A DNA stretch of 36,411 nucleotides, taken from a bacterium. GTDB lineage: Bacteria; UBP15; UBA6099; JAJRTR01. A program made the position numbers and the translations under genes. This document shows positions 18,701 to 28,400 of the stretch, one piece after another. The DNA is taken from assembly GCA_024278215.1 (NCBI GenBank), contig JAJRTR010000194.1, positions 1 through 36,411 of the forward strand, written 5' to 3'. The notes under the pieces were generated by a model. It did not search any database. It had not been told where the DNA came from and was given only the letters and a program-made list of their open reading frames with translations. Every line of letters starts with the position of its first letter. Position 1 is the stretch's first letter.

Positions 18701-21700
18701 CTGCCGTCATAGACTGTCGCTATGTCGGACGGTGGAGTCGTATCGTTGAAGTCGGCGGTCGCACCGTAGGAGGTCGTTATATTCGACATCATGCCCGCGC
18801 CGTTCTCCGCCTTTACCGATACGTAATAAGTTACCCCGTCGGTGAGAGCGAGTCCGGTGCGTGTTACGGAAGTTTCTGTGCCGTTGTCGGTCCAGTCGGC
18901 AGTGTCGGTTCCACCTGCTGTCGTTCCGATAGCGTACCAGTAGCGCGCTATGCCGCTCTGCGGGTCGGTCGAAGCGGTCCAGTTCGCCGATATCTCCGTA
19001 CCTGAAGATATGACATTCGAGTCGACGCCGATTGTGCCGCCGTCGTAGACAGTAGCGATGTCGGTGGGCGCGGAAGCGTCGATGAAATAATTGATGTCGT
19101 CGTTTGTCGCAATGGTGTCCTCGTTGCCGAGAAGGTCGGCGCATGAAATATAGACGTAATCGGAGCCCTCGCTCATGCCGCTTACCGCGCAACTCTGGCT
19201 TGTAGTGCCGCCACCCGCGCAGGCGTTACCTGACGACATATCAGTGTATGACTGATCGGTGAGAGACCAGCGGCAATAGGCTTCCTCGTCCGTAGTCAGA
19301 GTTATCGAGGGCGATGTAGTGTATATGTAATCGCCCTTGTCCGGGTTCCACGCGCTCTGAACCGGCGGGCTCGCGTCTATAGTGTAATTTATATCTTCGT
19401 TCGTCGCCGCGCTGTCTTCATTACCGGCGGTGTCGGTGCATGAGATGTAAACGTATTCCGCACCTTCGGACATACCGGTTACCGCGCATGATTGCGATGT
19501 CGTGCCGCCGCCGGTACATTCGTTGCCCGCCGACATCGAACTGTAAGAATCGTCGGAGAGCGACCAGCGGCATGTCGCGTTTTCACTTGTTGTGAACGTA
19601 ATCGTCTGTGATGTGCTCGTGAGATACGAACCCTTCGCCGGGCTCCATCCGCTTTGCGACGGTGGACTCACATCCACGGTCTGGCCGTCGGATGTCGCGA
19701 CTGTGGATTCGACGCCGACGCCGTTCTCCGCCTTGACCGACACATAGTAAGTCTGGCCCGGAATAAGTGTAAGTCCGGAGACACTTACTGTTGTAACGAG
19801 CGCGTTGTTCGTCCAGTCGACGACATCGGTTCCACCGGCGGATGTGCCGACGGCATAATAATAACGGGAAATTCCGCTTTCCGAATCGGACGATGAAGTC
19901 CAGTTGGCCGACAGATCGGTCGTCGACGCGACGTAGTCGATGTCCGAGCCTATGCCGTCGCTTACGGTGACGGTGGACGGCGGTGTGGAGTCGACAGTTG
20001 CGCCGTCGGAGTTTGTCGCGCCGGATTCAAGTCCCATTCCGTTTTCAGCTTTGACAGTGAAGAAATATTGCTGGCCGTGGCTGAGGCTGAGACCTGTCTT
20101 CGTTACGGAAGTGTTTGTGCCGTTGTTTGTCCAGGAAACAACGTCCGTAGCCCCGGCAGTCGTTCCTATCGCGTACCAGTATTTCGCGATTCCGCTTTCG
20201 GGATCGGACGAGCCGGTCCAGTTGGCAGACAGCTGGGTTGTGCTGCCCGTTACGTCGATATCCGAGCCGGTGCCGTCATAAACATCGGCGATGTCGGAGG
20301 GCGGCGTCGAATCCGACAGGTTGACCTGCTGCCCGTCGGAACTGACGACATTCGACAACAGGCCCGCTCCGTTCTCCGCCCTGACGGAGAAATAATATGT
20401 AGTACCGTCGGCGAGCGCGAGCCCTGTGTGTGTGACGGAAGTGTTCGTGCCGTTGTCCGTCCAGTCGACGACATCCGTGCCGCCCGCGCTTGTGCCTATT
20501 GCATACAGATACCTGACAATGCCACTCTCGGCGTCGCTGGAGGCTGTCCAGTTGGCGGAAAGCTGCACGCCGGATGTAGTCGTGTCTATATCGCTTCCCG
20601 TGCCGTCGTTGACAGTCGCGACGTCCGCGGGTGCGGTGTCGTCTACCGTATAGCCGAGGTCTTTATTTGTCGACGTTGTGTTCCCGTTGCCCTGTATGTC
20701 CTCACATGCGATATACACATACTCGGCGCCCGTGCTCATTCCGGTTACGGAACAACTGTGGTTTGTGGACGCCGCACCGGAACATGTGTTTTCGACGGGC
20801 ATCGAACTGTAGCCGTAGTCGGTAAGCGACCATCGACATGTGCTCGCTTCGTTCGTGTTCAGAGTGATGGTCACCGAAGTGTCCGACAGATATGAACCGG
20901 CCGCGGGCGACCAGTTGCTTTGTATCGGATCGCCGGTATCGACCGTGTAAGTAAGTTCCGTATTCGTGATCGAAGTGTCGGCGTTGTTATTTTCATCTAT
21001 GCAGTTCAGATACACTATATTCGCGCCCTCGGAAAGGCTTGTGACGCTGCATGACTGGCTTGTCGTGCCGCTGCCGCCGCAAATATTGCCCGGAGCGATA
21101 CTGCCGTAATCAGCATCCGCGCCCGCAAATTTACACGTCGCGTTTTCATCGGTATCGAAGGTAACCGTCGGGTTTGTCGTGCCGATTACCGAACTGTCGG
21201 CGGGCGACCAGTTACTCTGCACCGGGGGCGATGTGTCGAGCGTCGCGCCGTCGGAGGTCACAGTGCCCGACGTAAGGCCGGCCCCGTTTTCCGCCCTGAC
21301 GGATACATAATAAGTCTGTCCTTCCGTGAGTCCCAGCCCCGTCTCCGTCACAGATGTATTGGTTCCGTTATTCGTCCATGCGACAACGTCCGTTCCGCCC
21401 GCCGTCGTGCCTATCGCGTAGTAGTAAGCGGCGATACCGCTTTCCGCGTCGGACGACGCGCCCCAGTTTGCGGAAATCTGCGATGAATTTGTAATTACGT
21501 CCACATCGCTTCCCGTGCCGTCGTACAAGTAGGAGACATCGGCGGGAATGGTCGTGTCGATTGTCTGGCCGTTGGAACTCGTGGTTCCGGATTCGAGCCC
21601 AACGCCGTTCTGCGCTTTGACGGTGAAGTAATAGGTGTTCCCGTTCGTAAGTACGAGACCGGTTTTTGTAACCGATGTGTTCGCGCCGTTGCCGGTCCAG

Positions 21701-24700
21701 TCGACGACATCAGTCGCGCCCGCCGTCGTGCCTATCGCGAAGTAATATGCGGCGATTCCGCTTTCGGCGTCGGATGAGGCGGACCAGTTGGCCGAAAGCT
21801 GCGAGGCCGAGCCGGCCCATGTCATGTCGATGCCGATATCGGCACCGTCATAGACAATCGCGATGTCGGACGGTGCGGTCGTGTCGCTGAAGTCGGCGGT
21901 CTGGCCGTCGGAGGTAGTGACGCCCGACATCATGCCCGCGCCGTTTTCCGCCTTGACCGACACGTAATACGCCTGTCCGTCGTTCAGGGCGAGTCCCGTC
22001 GCGGTCATGTACGCGTTTGTTCCGCTGGTTGTCCAGTCGCGAACATCGGTGCCGCCGCTCGTCGTGCCGATTGCGTACCAGTAGGCGTCGATACCGCTCT
22101 GCGGATCAGACGACGCCGTCCAGTTGGCCGACAACTGCGTGCCGGATGTCACTGTGTCGATGTCCACGCCCGTAGTACCGCCGTCGTAGACGGTGGCGAC
22201 ATCCGCGGGCGCGGAAGTATCTATAGTGTAGTTAATATCTTCGTTGGTCGAGGCTGTTTCCTCATTCGCGTTGAGGTCCACGCACGATATGTACACGAAA
22301 TCGGAACCTTCGCTGAGGCCCGACACGGAACATGTGTGTCCTGTCGTGCCGCCGCCGGTGCAGACGTTCGCTCCGGGCATTGCGCTGTAATCGTTGTCGT
22401 TCAGTTCCCATCGGCAATAGGCGGCTTCGTCGGTCGTCAGGGTAATAGTCGGAGAAGTCGTGTATATGAACGCGCCTTTCGCCGGGTCCCACGCGCTCTG
22501 CGCGGGCGCCGTCGTGTCGACTGTGTAACCTATGTTCTCATTTGTTGTCGCGTCGTCCTCGTTTCCTGCTTCGTCGGCACATGCGACGTATACATATTCC
22601 GCACCTTCGTTCATCCCTTCGACAGCACACGACTGGCTGGTTGTCCCCGCACCGGAACACTGGTTCGCGGGCGGCATCGTCGAGTATGAATCGTCTGTTA
22701 GCGACCAGCGGCAGTAAGCGGCTTCGTCGGTCGTCAGGGTCAGAGTCATGGCGGCGCTCGTGACAGTCGCGCCCTTCGCCGGGTTCCACGCGCTCTGTAC
22801 GGGTGTCGACAGGTCGAGTTTCTGGCCGTCGGACGTCGCGACATCCGACTCCAGATTTACGCCGTTTTCCGATTTGACGGAAACGTAATACGTCGTGCCG
22901 TCGGTGAGTGTCATGCCCGATTTCGTGAATGAAGTCGCAAGCCCGTTGTCGGTCCAGCCGACGACATCCGCACCGCCCGACGTCGTGCCGATAGCATAAA
23001 GATATCGTGTTATGCCGCTCTCGGCGTCCGTGGACGCGGTCCAGTTGGCGGATAGTGAAGTTGTTGATGTGATGAAGTCGACATCGACGCCCGTACCGTC
23101 ACTGACTGTAACGGCGGAAGGCGCGGTCGCGTCGACGGTGACACCGTCGGAAGTCGTCACGGAAGATTCGAGCCCCATACCGTTCTCGGCCTTCACGGAG
23201 ATGTAGTAATCCTGATTCTGCGCGAGGCTCAGCCCAGTGTGCGTCATCGAAGTGCTCAGCACGTTATCCGTCCATGTAACAATGTCTGTACCGCCGGGCG
23301 TTGTGCCGATTGCATACCAGTACCGGGCAACGCCGCTTTCCGGATCGCTCGACGATGTCCAGTTGGCCGAAAGCTGCGTCGTCGAGGCCGTCATGTCGAT
23401 GTCCGCGCCGGTTCCGTCATACACCGATGTGATGTCGATGGGCGGCGTCGAGTCGGTCAACTCGACCATCTGGCCGTCCGAACTCACCGCGTTGGATTCG
23501 AGTCCCGCTCCGTTTTCGGCTTTGACCGACACGTAATATGTCACACCGTCGGAAAGCGCGAGTCCGGACTTCGTTACGGAAGTATTTGTACCGTTGTCCG
23601 TCCAGTCGACAACGTCCGTGCCGCCCGACGTCGTGCCGATAGCATACCAGTACTTCGCCACGCCGCTTTCGGCGTCGCTCGACGCGGTCCAGTTCGCCGA
23701 AAGTTCCGTGCCGGATGTCGTCGTATCAATATCGGCGCCCGTGCCGTCGCTTACGGAAGCGACATCGGCCGGAGCCGTGTTGTCTATAATATAACTGAGG
23801 TCCTTATTTGTCGTTTCGGAGTTTTCATTGCCGAGCGCATCCGCACACGCGACATACACTGCCTCCGCGCCTGTGCTCATGCCGGTTACCGAACAACTAT
23901 GGCCCGTCGCGCCGCCGCCCGAACATGTGTTCGCAGGTGCCATGGAGCTGTACGCGGAGTCCGTGAGCGACCATCGGCATGTCGCGTTTTCATCGGTATT
24001 CAGGGCTATCGTTTCGGAAGTATCCGACAGGTACGAACCCGATGCGGGCAGCCAGTTGCTCTGTACCGGTTCCATCGTATCGACCGTGTAACTCAATTCG
24101 GTGTTTGTCGACGCGGAGTCCTCATTGCCCGCGACATCAGAACATGCAGTGTATACCATGTTCGCGCCTTCGCTCAGGCCGGTGACGGAACAGATATGAC
24201 TGGTTGTTCCGGTGCCGCTGCAATCGTTCCCGGACATGCCGTCGTAGGAGAGGTCGGAGAGCGACCACCTGCAACTCGCGTTCTCATCAGTCGAGAATGT
24301 CACCGAGGGCGATGTTGTCGATAATGACGCGCCGTCCGACGGGTTCCACGCGCTCTGCACGGGAGTGGACAGGTCGACTGTAGCGCCGTTTGAACTCACG
24401 ATGCCGGAAGTGAGCCCGGCGTTGTTTTCCGCCCTGACGGATATGTAATATGTCTGTCCGTCCGTCAGGCTCAGCCCGGTTTTCGTGAACGACAGGTTCG
24501 TCCCGTTGTCTGTCCAGTCGACAACGTCCGTGCCGCCCTCGGTTGTGCCGATTGCATACCAGTACTTCGCCACGCCGCTTTCGGCGTCGCTCGACGCGCT
24601 GTAGTTGCCGGAAATCTGCGTATATGAATATATATATGTCTCGTCGGCGCCTGTGCCGTCGTAGACATAAGTGACATCAGCAGGCGCGGTATTGTCGAGT

Positions 24701-25434
24701 GTCTGGCCGTTGGAACTCGTCGTCCCGGACTGGAGCCCTACCCCGTTTTCAGCCTTGACGGTGAAGTAATAGGCCTGGCCGTTCGTAAGTGTCAGCCCTG
24801 TGCTTGTAACGGACGTGACCGCGCTGTTGTCGGTCCAGTCGACGACATCGTTTCCGCCCGCGGTCGTACCGATTGCATACCAGTAGCGCGCCACGCCGCT
24901 TTCCGCGTCGGCGGAATCCGTCCAGTTGGCGGAAAGCTGTGTGGACGAGCCTGTCCATGTTATATCCACACTTACCGTATCGCCGTCATAAACGGTCGCG
25001 ACATCAGATGGCGGTGTCGAATCGGTGAAGTCGGCGGACTGGCCGTCCGAGGTCGTCACATTTGACAACATTCCGGCACCGTTCTCCGCCCTGACCGACA
25101 CGTAATACATTTGTCCGTTCGTGAGCGACAGCCCGGTTTTCGTGACGTAAGTCAAAGCGCCGTTGCTCGTCCAGTCCACGATGTCCGTGCCGCCGATGCT
25201 CGTGCCGATTGCATATTGATAATCCGAAATTCCGCTCTGCGTGTCCGTAGCGGAAGTCCAGTTCGCCGAAAGCTGCGAGCCGGATGCCGTCGTGTCTATA
25301 TCGACGCCGACCGAGTCGCCGTCGTATACGGTGGCGATGTCGGACGGAGCGGAAGTGTCGACTGTATAATCTATATCTTCGTTGGTCGAAGCGGTGTCCT
25401 CGTTAGAGTTGGCGTCGGTGCAGGCGATATACAC
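15742..25434 (-). CDS. Giant repetitive surface/secreted protein, C-terminal segment (3230 aa ORF, in frame with the upstream segment across one TAA)
   Basis: Tandem ~110-aa Fn3/Ig-like A modules (LSANW..SD.ESGI..YWYAIGTT.GG.D..W..YY..VKAENG.GL) and ~99-aa four-Cys B modules, then a distinct Fn3-like domain and a GW[SN]..GYW C-terminal domain. Confidence 0.88.
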   Translation of the reverse strand: MYIACTDANSNEDTASTNEDIDYTVDTSAPSDIATVYDGDSVGVDIDTTASGSQLSANWTSATDTQSGISDYQYAIGTSIGGTDIVDWTSNGALTYVTKTGLSLTNGQMYYVSVRAENGAGMLSNVTTSDGQSADFTDSTPPSDVATVYDGDTVSVDITWTGSSTQLSANWTDSADAESGVARYWYAIGTTAGGNDVVDWTDNSAVTSVTSTGLTLTNGQAYYFTVKAENGVGLQSGTTSSNGQTLDNTAPADVTYVYDGTGADETYIYSYTQISGNYSASSDAESGVAKYWYAIGTTEGGTDVVDWTDNGTNLSFTKTGLSLTDGQTYYISVRAENNAGLTSGIVSSNGATVDLSTPVQSAWNPSDGASLSTTSPSVTFSTDENASCRWSLSDLSYDGMSGNDCSGTGTTSHICSVTGLSEGANMVYTACSDVAGNEDSASTNTELSYTVDTMEPVQSNWLPASGSYLSDTSETIALNTDENATCRWSLTDSAYSSMAPANTCSGGGATGHSCSVTGMSTGAEAVYVACADALGNENSETTNKDLSYIIDNTAPADVASVSDGTGADIDTTTSGTELSANWTASSDAESGVAKYWYAIGTTSGGTDVVDWTDNGTNTSVTKSGLALSDGVTYYVSVKAENGAGLESNAVSSDGQMVELTDSTPPIDITSVYDGTGADIDMTASTTQLSANWTSSSDPESGVARYWYAIGTTPGGTDIVTWTDNVLSTSMTHTGLSLAQNQDYYISVKAENGMGLESSVTTSDGVTVDATAPSAVTVSDGTGVDVDFITSTTSLSANWTASTDAESGITRYLYAIGTTSGGADVVGWTDNGLATSFTKSGMTLTDGTTYYVSVKSENGVNLESDVATSDGQKLDLSTPVQSAWNPAKGATVTSAAMTLTLTTDEAAYCRWSLTDDSYSTMPPANQCSGAGTTSQSCAVEGMNEGAEYVYVACADEAGNEDDATTNENIGYTVDTTAPAQSAWDPAKGAFIYTTSPTITLTTDEAAYCRWELNDNDYSAMPGANVCTGGGTTGHTCSVSGLSEGSDFVYISCVDLNANEETASTNEDINYTIDTSAPADVATVYDGGTTGVDIDTVTSGTQLSANWTASSDPQSGIDAYWYAIGTTSGGTDVRDWTTSGTNAYMTATGLALNDGQAYYVSVKAENGAGMMSGVTTSDGQTADFSDTTAPSDIAIVYDGADIGIDMTWAGSASQLSANWSASSDAESGIAAYYFAIGTTAGATDVVDWTGNGANTSVTKTGLVLTNGNTYYFTVKAQNGVGLESGTTSSNGQTIDTTIPADVSYLYDGTGSDVDVITNSSQISANWGASSDAESGIAAYYYAIGTTAGGTDVVAWTNNGTNTSVTETGLGLTEGQTYYVSVRAENGAGLTSGTVTSDGATLDTSPPVQSNWSPADSSVIGTTNPTVTFDTDENATCKFAGADADYGSIAPGNICGGSGTTSQSCSVTSLSEGANIVYLNCIDENNNADTSITNTELTYTVDTGDPIQSNWSPAAGSYLSDTSVTITLNTNEASTCRWSLTDYGYSSMPVENTCSGAASTNHSCSVTGMSTGAEYVYIACEDIQGNGNTTSTNKDLGYTVDDTAPADVATVNDGTGSDIDTTTSGVQLSANWTASSDAESGIVRYLYAIGTSAGGTDVVDWTDNGTNTSVTHTGLALADGTTYYFSVRAENGAGLLSNVVSSDGQQVNLSDSTPPSDIADVYDGTGSDIDVTGSTTQLSANWTGSSDPESGIAKYWYAIGTTAGATDVVSWTNNGTNTSVTKTGLSLSHGQQYFFTVKAENGMGLESGATNSDGATVDSTPPSTVTVSDGIGSDIDYVASTTDLSANWTSSSDSESGISRYYYAVGTSAGGTDVVDWTNNALVTTVSVSGLTLIPGQTYYVSVKAENGVGVESTVATSDGQTVDVSPPSQSGWSPAKGSYLTSTSQTITFTTSENATCRWSLSDDSYSSMSAGNECTGGGTTSQSCAVTGMSEGAEYVYISCTDTAGNEDSAATNEDINYTIDASPPVQSAWNPDKGDYIYTTSPSITLTTDEEAYCRWSLTDQSYTDMSSGNACAGGGTTSQSCAVSGMSEGSDYVYISCADLLGNEDTIATNDDINYFIDASAPTDIATVYDGGTIGVDSNVISSGTEISANWTASTDPQSGIARYWYAIGTTAGGTDTADWTDNGTETSVTRTGLALTDGVTYYVSVKAENGAGMMSNITTSYGATADFNDTTPPSDIATVYDGSGTGVDASWAGSTSQLSANWTASSDTESGIAKYWYAVGTTAGGTDVVDWTDNGAVTYVTRTGLGLTNGDTYYFTVKAQNGAGLQSGATNSDGQTIDTTAPATITSVNDGTGADVDTTGDSTQLSANWTASSDTESGVAKYWYAVGTTAGGTDVVDWTDNSATTSVTITGLTLTDGQTYYFSVKAENNAGLVADVANSDGQLVDVSAPVQSNWSPSAGTTLTTTSPTITLNTDENATCRWSLADEAYGDMDIAGACAGGGGTSHTCSVSGLTGTSDVVYIACTDTIGNTHSASTNTELSYTIDVDPPVQSNWDPAKGSGLTSTSVEITFDTDENSSCKWSLSDQAYGDMPAQNTCSGTGVTFHTCSADSLAEGSEVVYIACSDTGGSADTADTNEDVDYTVDTSAPSAITTVNDGAGADIDTTQSLVQLTANWTDSTDAESGITRYWYAVGTTAGGTDIVGWTDNGTDTSVTKTGLSLTEGSTYFFSVKAENGVGLMSTPANSDGQQVTGGDSTNPTDIATVNDGAGADIDYSSSLTQLTANWTASTDTESGIARYWYAIGTTAGGADIVGWTDNSTNTSVTKTGLSLTGGQAYYFSVKAENGAGLQSNVTTSDGQTIDATAPSTIASVNDGTGADVDTTTSQTQLSANWTASTDAESGIVKYSYAVGTTAGGTDIVSWTDNATATTVTKSGLSLSVGSTYYFTVKAENGAGMESTPANSDGVTVQLGTLDEVTAMTALAGDTEAQLMWTDPEAATSTKIIRKLGGYPSSIVDGTEVYDGAGESFLDTGLTNGYTYYYAAFAYDGSVYSTADSDGARTTVTPTASGLIINKGWSLVGVSQQNAYISPATVFGVNVYEIVKQTGGTFEFLTSETKVDMDFAEGLWIYSESDIGAVSAHGTDYSGNSYQITLQQGWNVISDPFNESIFWGDSKVSLDCSGQSKTLVPIYYYSDTLGYRKLEANDSAYIIPWYGYWIDVADTGCVLTITK

Positions 25435-25437
25435 ATA

Positions 25438-28400
25438 TTAGGCACCTTCGATAAGCCCGGAGACTGCGCAACTCTGGCTCGTCGTGCCGCCGCCTGAGCA
25501 AGCGTTCGATCCTGACATTCCGGAGTAAGCGTCGTCGGTGAGCGACCAGCGGCAATACGCGGCTTCGTCGGTCGTCAGTGTTATAGTCGGCGATGTCGTG
25601 TCGACATACGCGCTCTTTGCCGGGTTCCACGCGCTCTGCGCGGGCGGCAGTGTGTCGATCGTATAATCAATGTCTTCATTTGTCGATGAATCGTCGGAGT
25701 TGCCCGCCTCGTCCATGCAGGCGACATATACATATTCCACGCCTTCAGATAGTCCGGTGACATCGCACGACAGTGAAGTAGTTCCACCGCCCGAGCACTG
25801 ATTCGCGCCGGACATCGAGCTGTACGAGATGTCCGACTGCGACCAGCGGCAATACGCGGCTTCGTCGGTCGTCAATGTAATAGTCGGCGATGTAGTTGTG
25901 AGCGTCGAGCCTTTTGCCGGGCCCCACGCGCTCTGCACAGGCGTTGTGAGGTCGAGCTTCTGGCCGTCGGATGTGGCGACTGCCGATTCGACCCCCACAC
26001 CGTTCTCGGACTTCACAGAGACGTAATATGTCGTGCCGTCGACAAGTGTCAGCCCGGAATTCGTGACTGTCTGCGACGTGCCGTTTCCCGTCCAGTCGAC
26101 TATGTCGGTACCTCCGGAAGTTGTTCCGACAGCGTAATAATATGCGATGACACCGCTTTCGGCGTCTGTCGATGCCGTCCAGTTGGCGGAGATAGTCGTC
26201 GCGGAAGTAATGAAATCGACATCCGCGCCCGTGCCGTCACTCACGGTTACCGCGGACGGCGCGGTGGCGTCGACCACAACACCGTCCGACGTTGTCGTGT
26301 TCGACTGGAGTCCCATACCATTTTCCGCCTTGACCGTGAAGTAATACGTCACTCCATGTGAAAGGGGCAGACTGCCGCGCGTCACGGATGTGTTGGTGCC
26401 GTTGTCGGTCCAGCCCGCGAGTTCGCCGCCGCCCGGCGTGGTTCCTATCTGATACCAGTATTTCGCCACGCCGCTTTCGGCGTCGGACGAAGCGGTCCAG
26501 TTGGCGGACAACTCCGTAGTCGATCCCGTAACATCGATATCGGTGCCAGTGCCGTCATATACACTTGTTATGTCCGAAGGCGGAGTCAGGTCCGACAGGT
26601 CGACAGTCTGGCCGTCCGAACTGTTGGCCGAACCGATCAGCCCCGCGTTGTTTTCCGCCTTGACCGCTACATAATAAAGTTGCCCGTCGGACAGCGCGAG
26701 CCCTGTTTTTGTGAAGGAAAGATTTGTTCCGTTGTCTGTCCAGTCGACTATTTCGTTGCCGCCGGCGGATGTGCCGATTGCGTACCAGTACTTCGCGACG
26801 CCGGTTTCCGGATCGGACGCCGCCGTCCAGTTGGCGGACATCTGTGTAGCCGATGTCGTTATGTCGATATCCGCGCCCGTGCCGTCGTTTATAGTGGCAA
26901 CCATAGTCGGCGGTGTTATGTCTACGATATATGAAAGTTCCGAATTTGTCGTGTCCGAGTTTTCATTATCGACCGGGTCCGCACACGCGATATAAACATT
27001 CTGTGTGCCGGTGCTGAATCCGTTTGTGAAGCACGAATGGCTCGTGGACAAAGAACCCGAGCAGGTGTTGCCGGAGAACATCGAGCTGTACGCGAGGTCG
27101 GACAGCGACCATCGGCATGTCGCGATTTCATCGGTGTTCAGATCAATAGTTGCCGAAGTGCCTGTAATGTACGAACCGTCCGACGGGTTCCAGTTGCTCT
27201 GCACCGGCTCCTGTGTGTCAACAGTGTAGTCGAGTTCGGTATTCGACGCCGCAGAATCCTCATTCCCCGCGACATCTGCGCACGCGACATACACTACCTG
27301 CGCACCTTCGACAAGTCCGGTTACGGAACATGTATGGGCTGTCGACTGCGATACATCGCAGGTGTTGCCGCCCGGCATCAGGTCGTAGGAAGTATCGGTC
27401 AGTGCCCAGCGGCACGAGGCGTTTTCATTTGTGGTGAATGTGACAGTCGGCGTGGACGTCGCTATAGTGTCGCCGTCCGCCGGGTCCCAGCCGCTCTGCA
27501 CAGGCAGCGAAGCGTCCACACGCTGTCCGTTCGAGCTTACAGGCGTGGATTCGAGTCCCGCGCCGTTCTCGGCCTTAACTGTCACATAATATATCTGGCC
27601 GTCCACCAGCGTGAGCCCGGAGCGCGTCACGGAAGTATTCGTGCCGTTATCCGTCCAGCCCGCGATACCCGTCCCGCCTGCCGTTATGCCGATGGCATAC
27701 ATGTATCTCACGATTCCGCTGCCGGGGTCCGACGAGGCCGTCCAGTTCGCGGAAAGCTGTGTGAGCGAAGTGGAGTAATCGACATCCGCGCCGGTACCGT
27801 CGTTGACAGTCGCAATATCGAGCGGCGGGCTGGTATCCACAAGCACACCGTCGGATGTCGCCACCGATGATTCGAGCCCGACACCGTTCTGCGCTTTTAT
27901 CGACACATAATAAGTCTGGCCGTCGATGAGAGTGAGCGCTGTTCTGGTGAGGTTCGTGCTGATTCCGTTACTCGTCCAGTCCACGATGTCCGTGCCGCCA
28001 GCAGTCGTGCCGACAGCGTAATAATAGGCGGCGATTCCACTTTCAGGATCGGAAGACGCCGTCCAGTTGGCGGAAAGCTGCGAGCCGAGCCCCCACAGGT
28101 CGACATCCGCGCCGGTGCCATCGTTTACAGTTGCGATGTCGGCGGGAGGCGTGGAGTCCGCGAAGTCCGTCTGCTGGCCGTCCGAACTCACGGGATTTGA
28201 CTCCAACCCCGCCCCGTTTTCCGCTTTGACCGTGAAGTAATAAGTAGTAGCGTCCGAAAGTGAGAGCCCCGTTCTGGTGACATTCACGCCGGTTCCGTTA
28301 TCCGTCCAGTCCACGATGTCCGTACCGCCCGCCGTCGTGCCTATCGCGTACCAGTAGGCGGTTATCCCGCTGCCGGTGTCGCTCGAGGCCGTCCAGTTCG

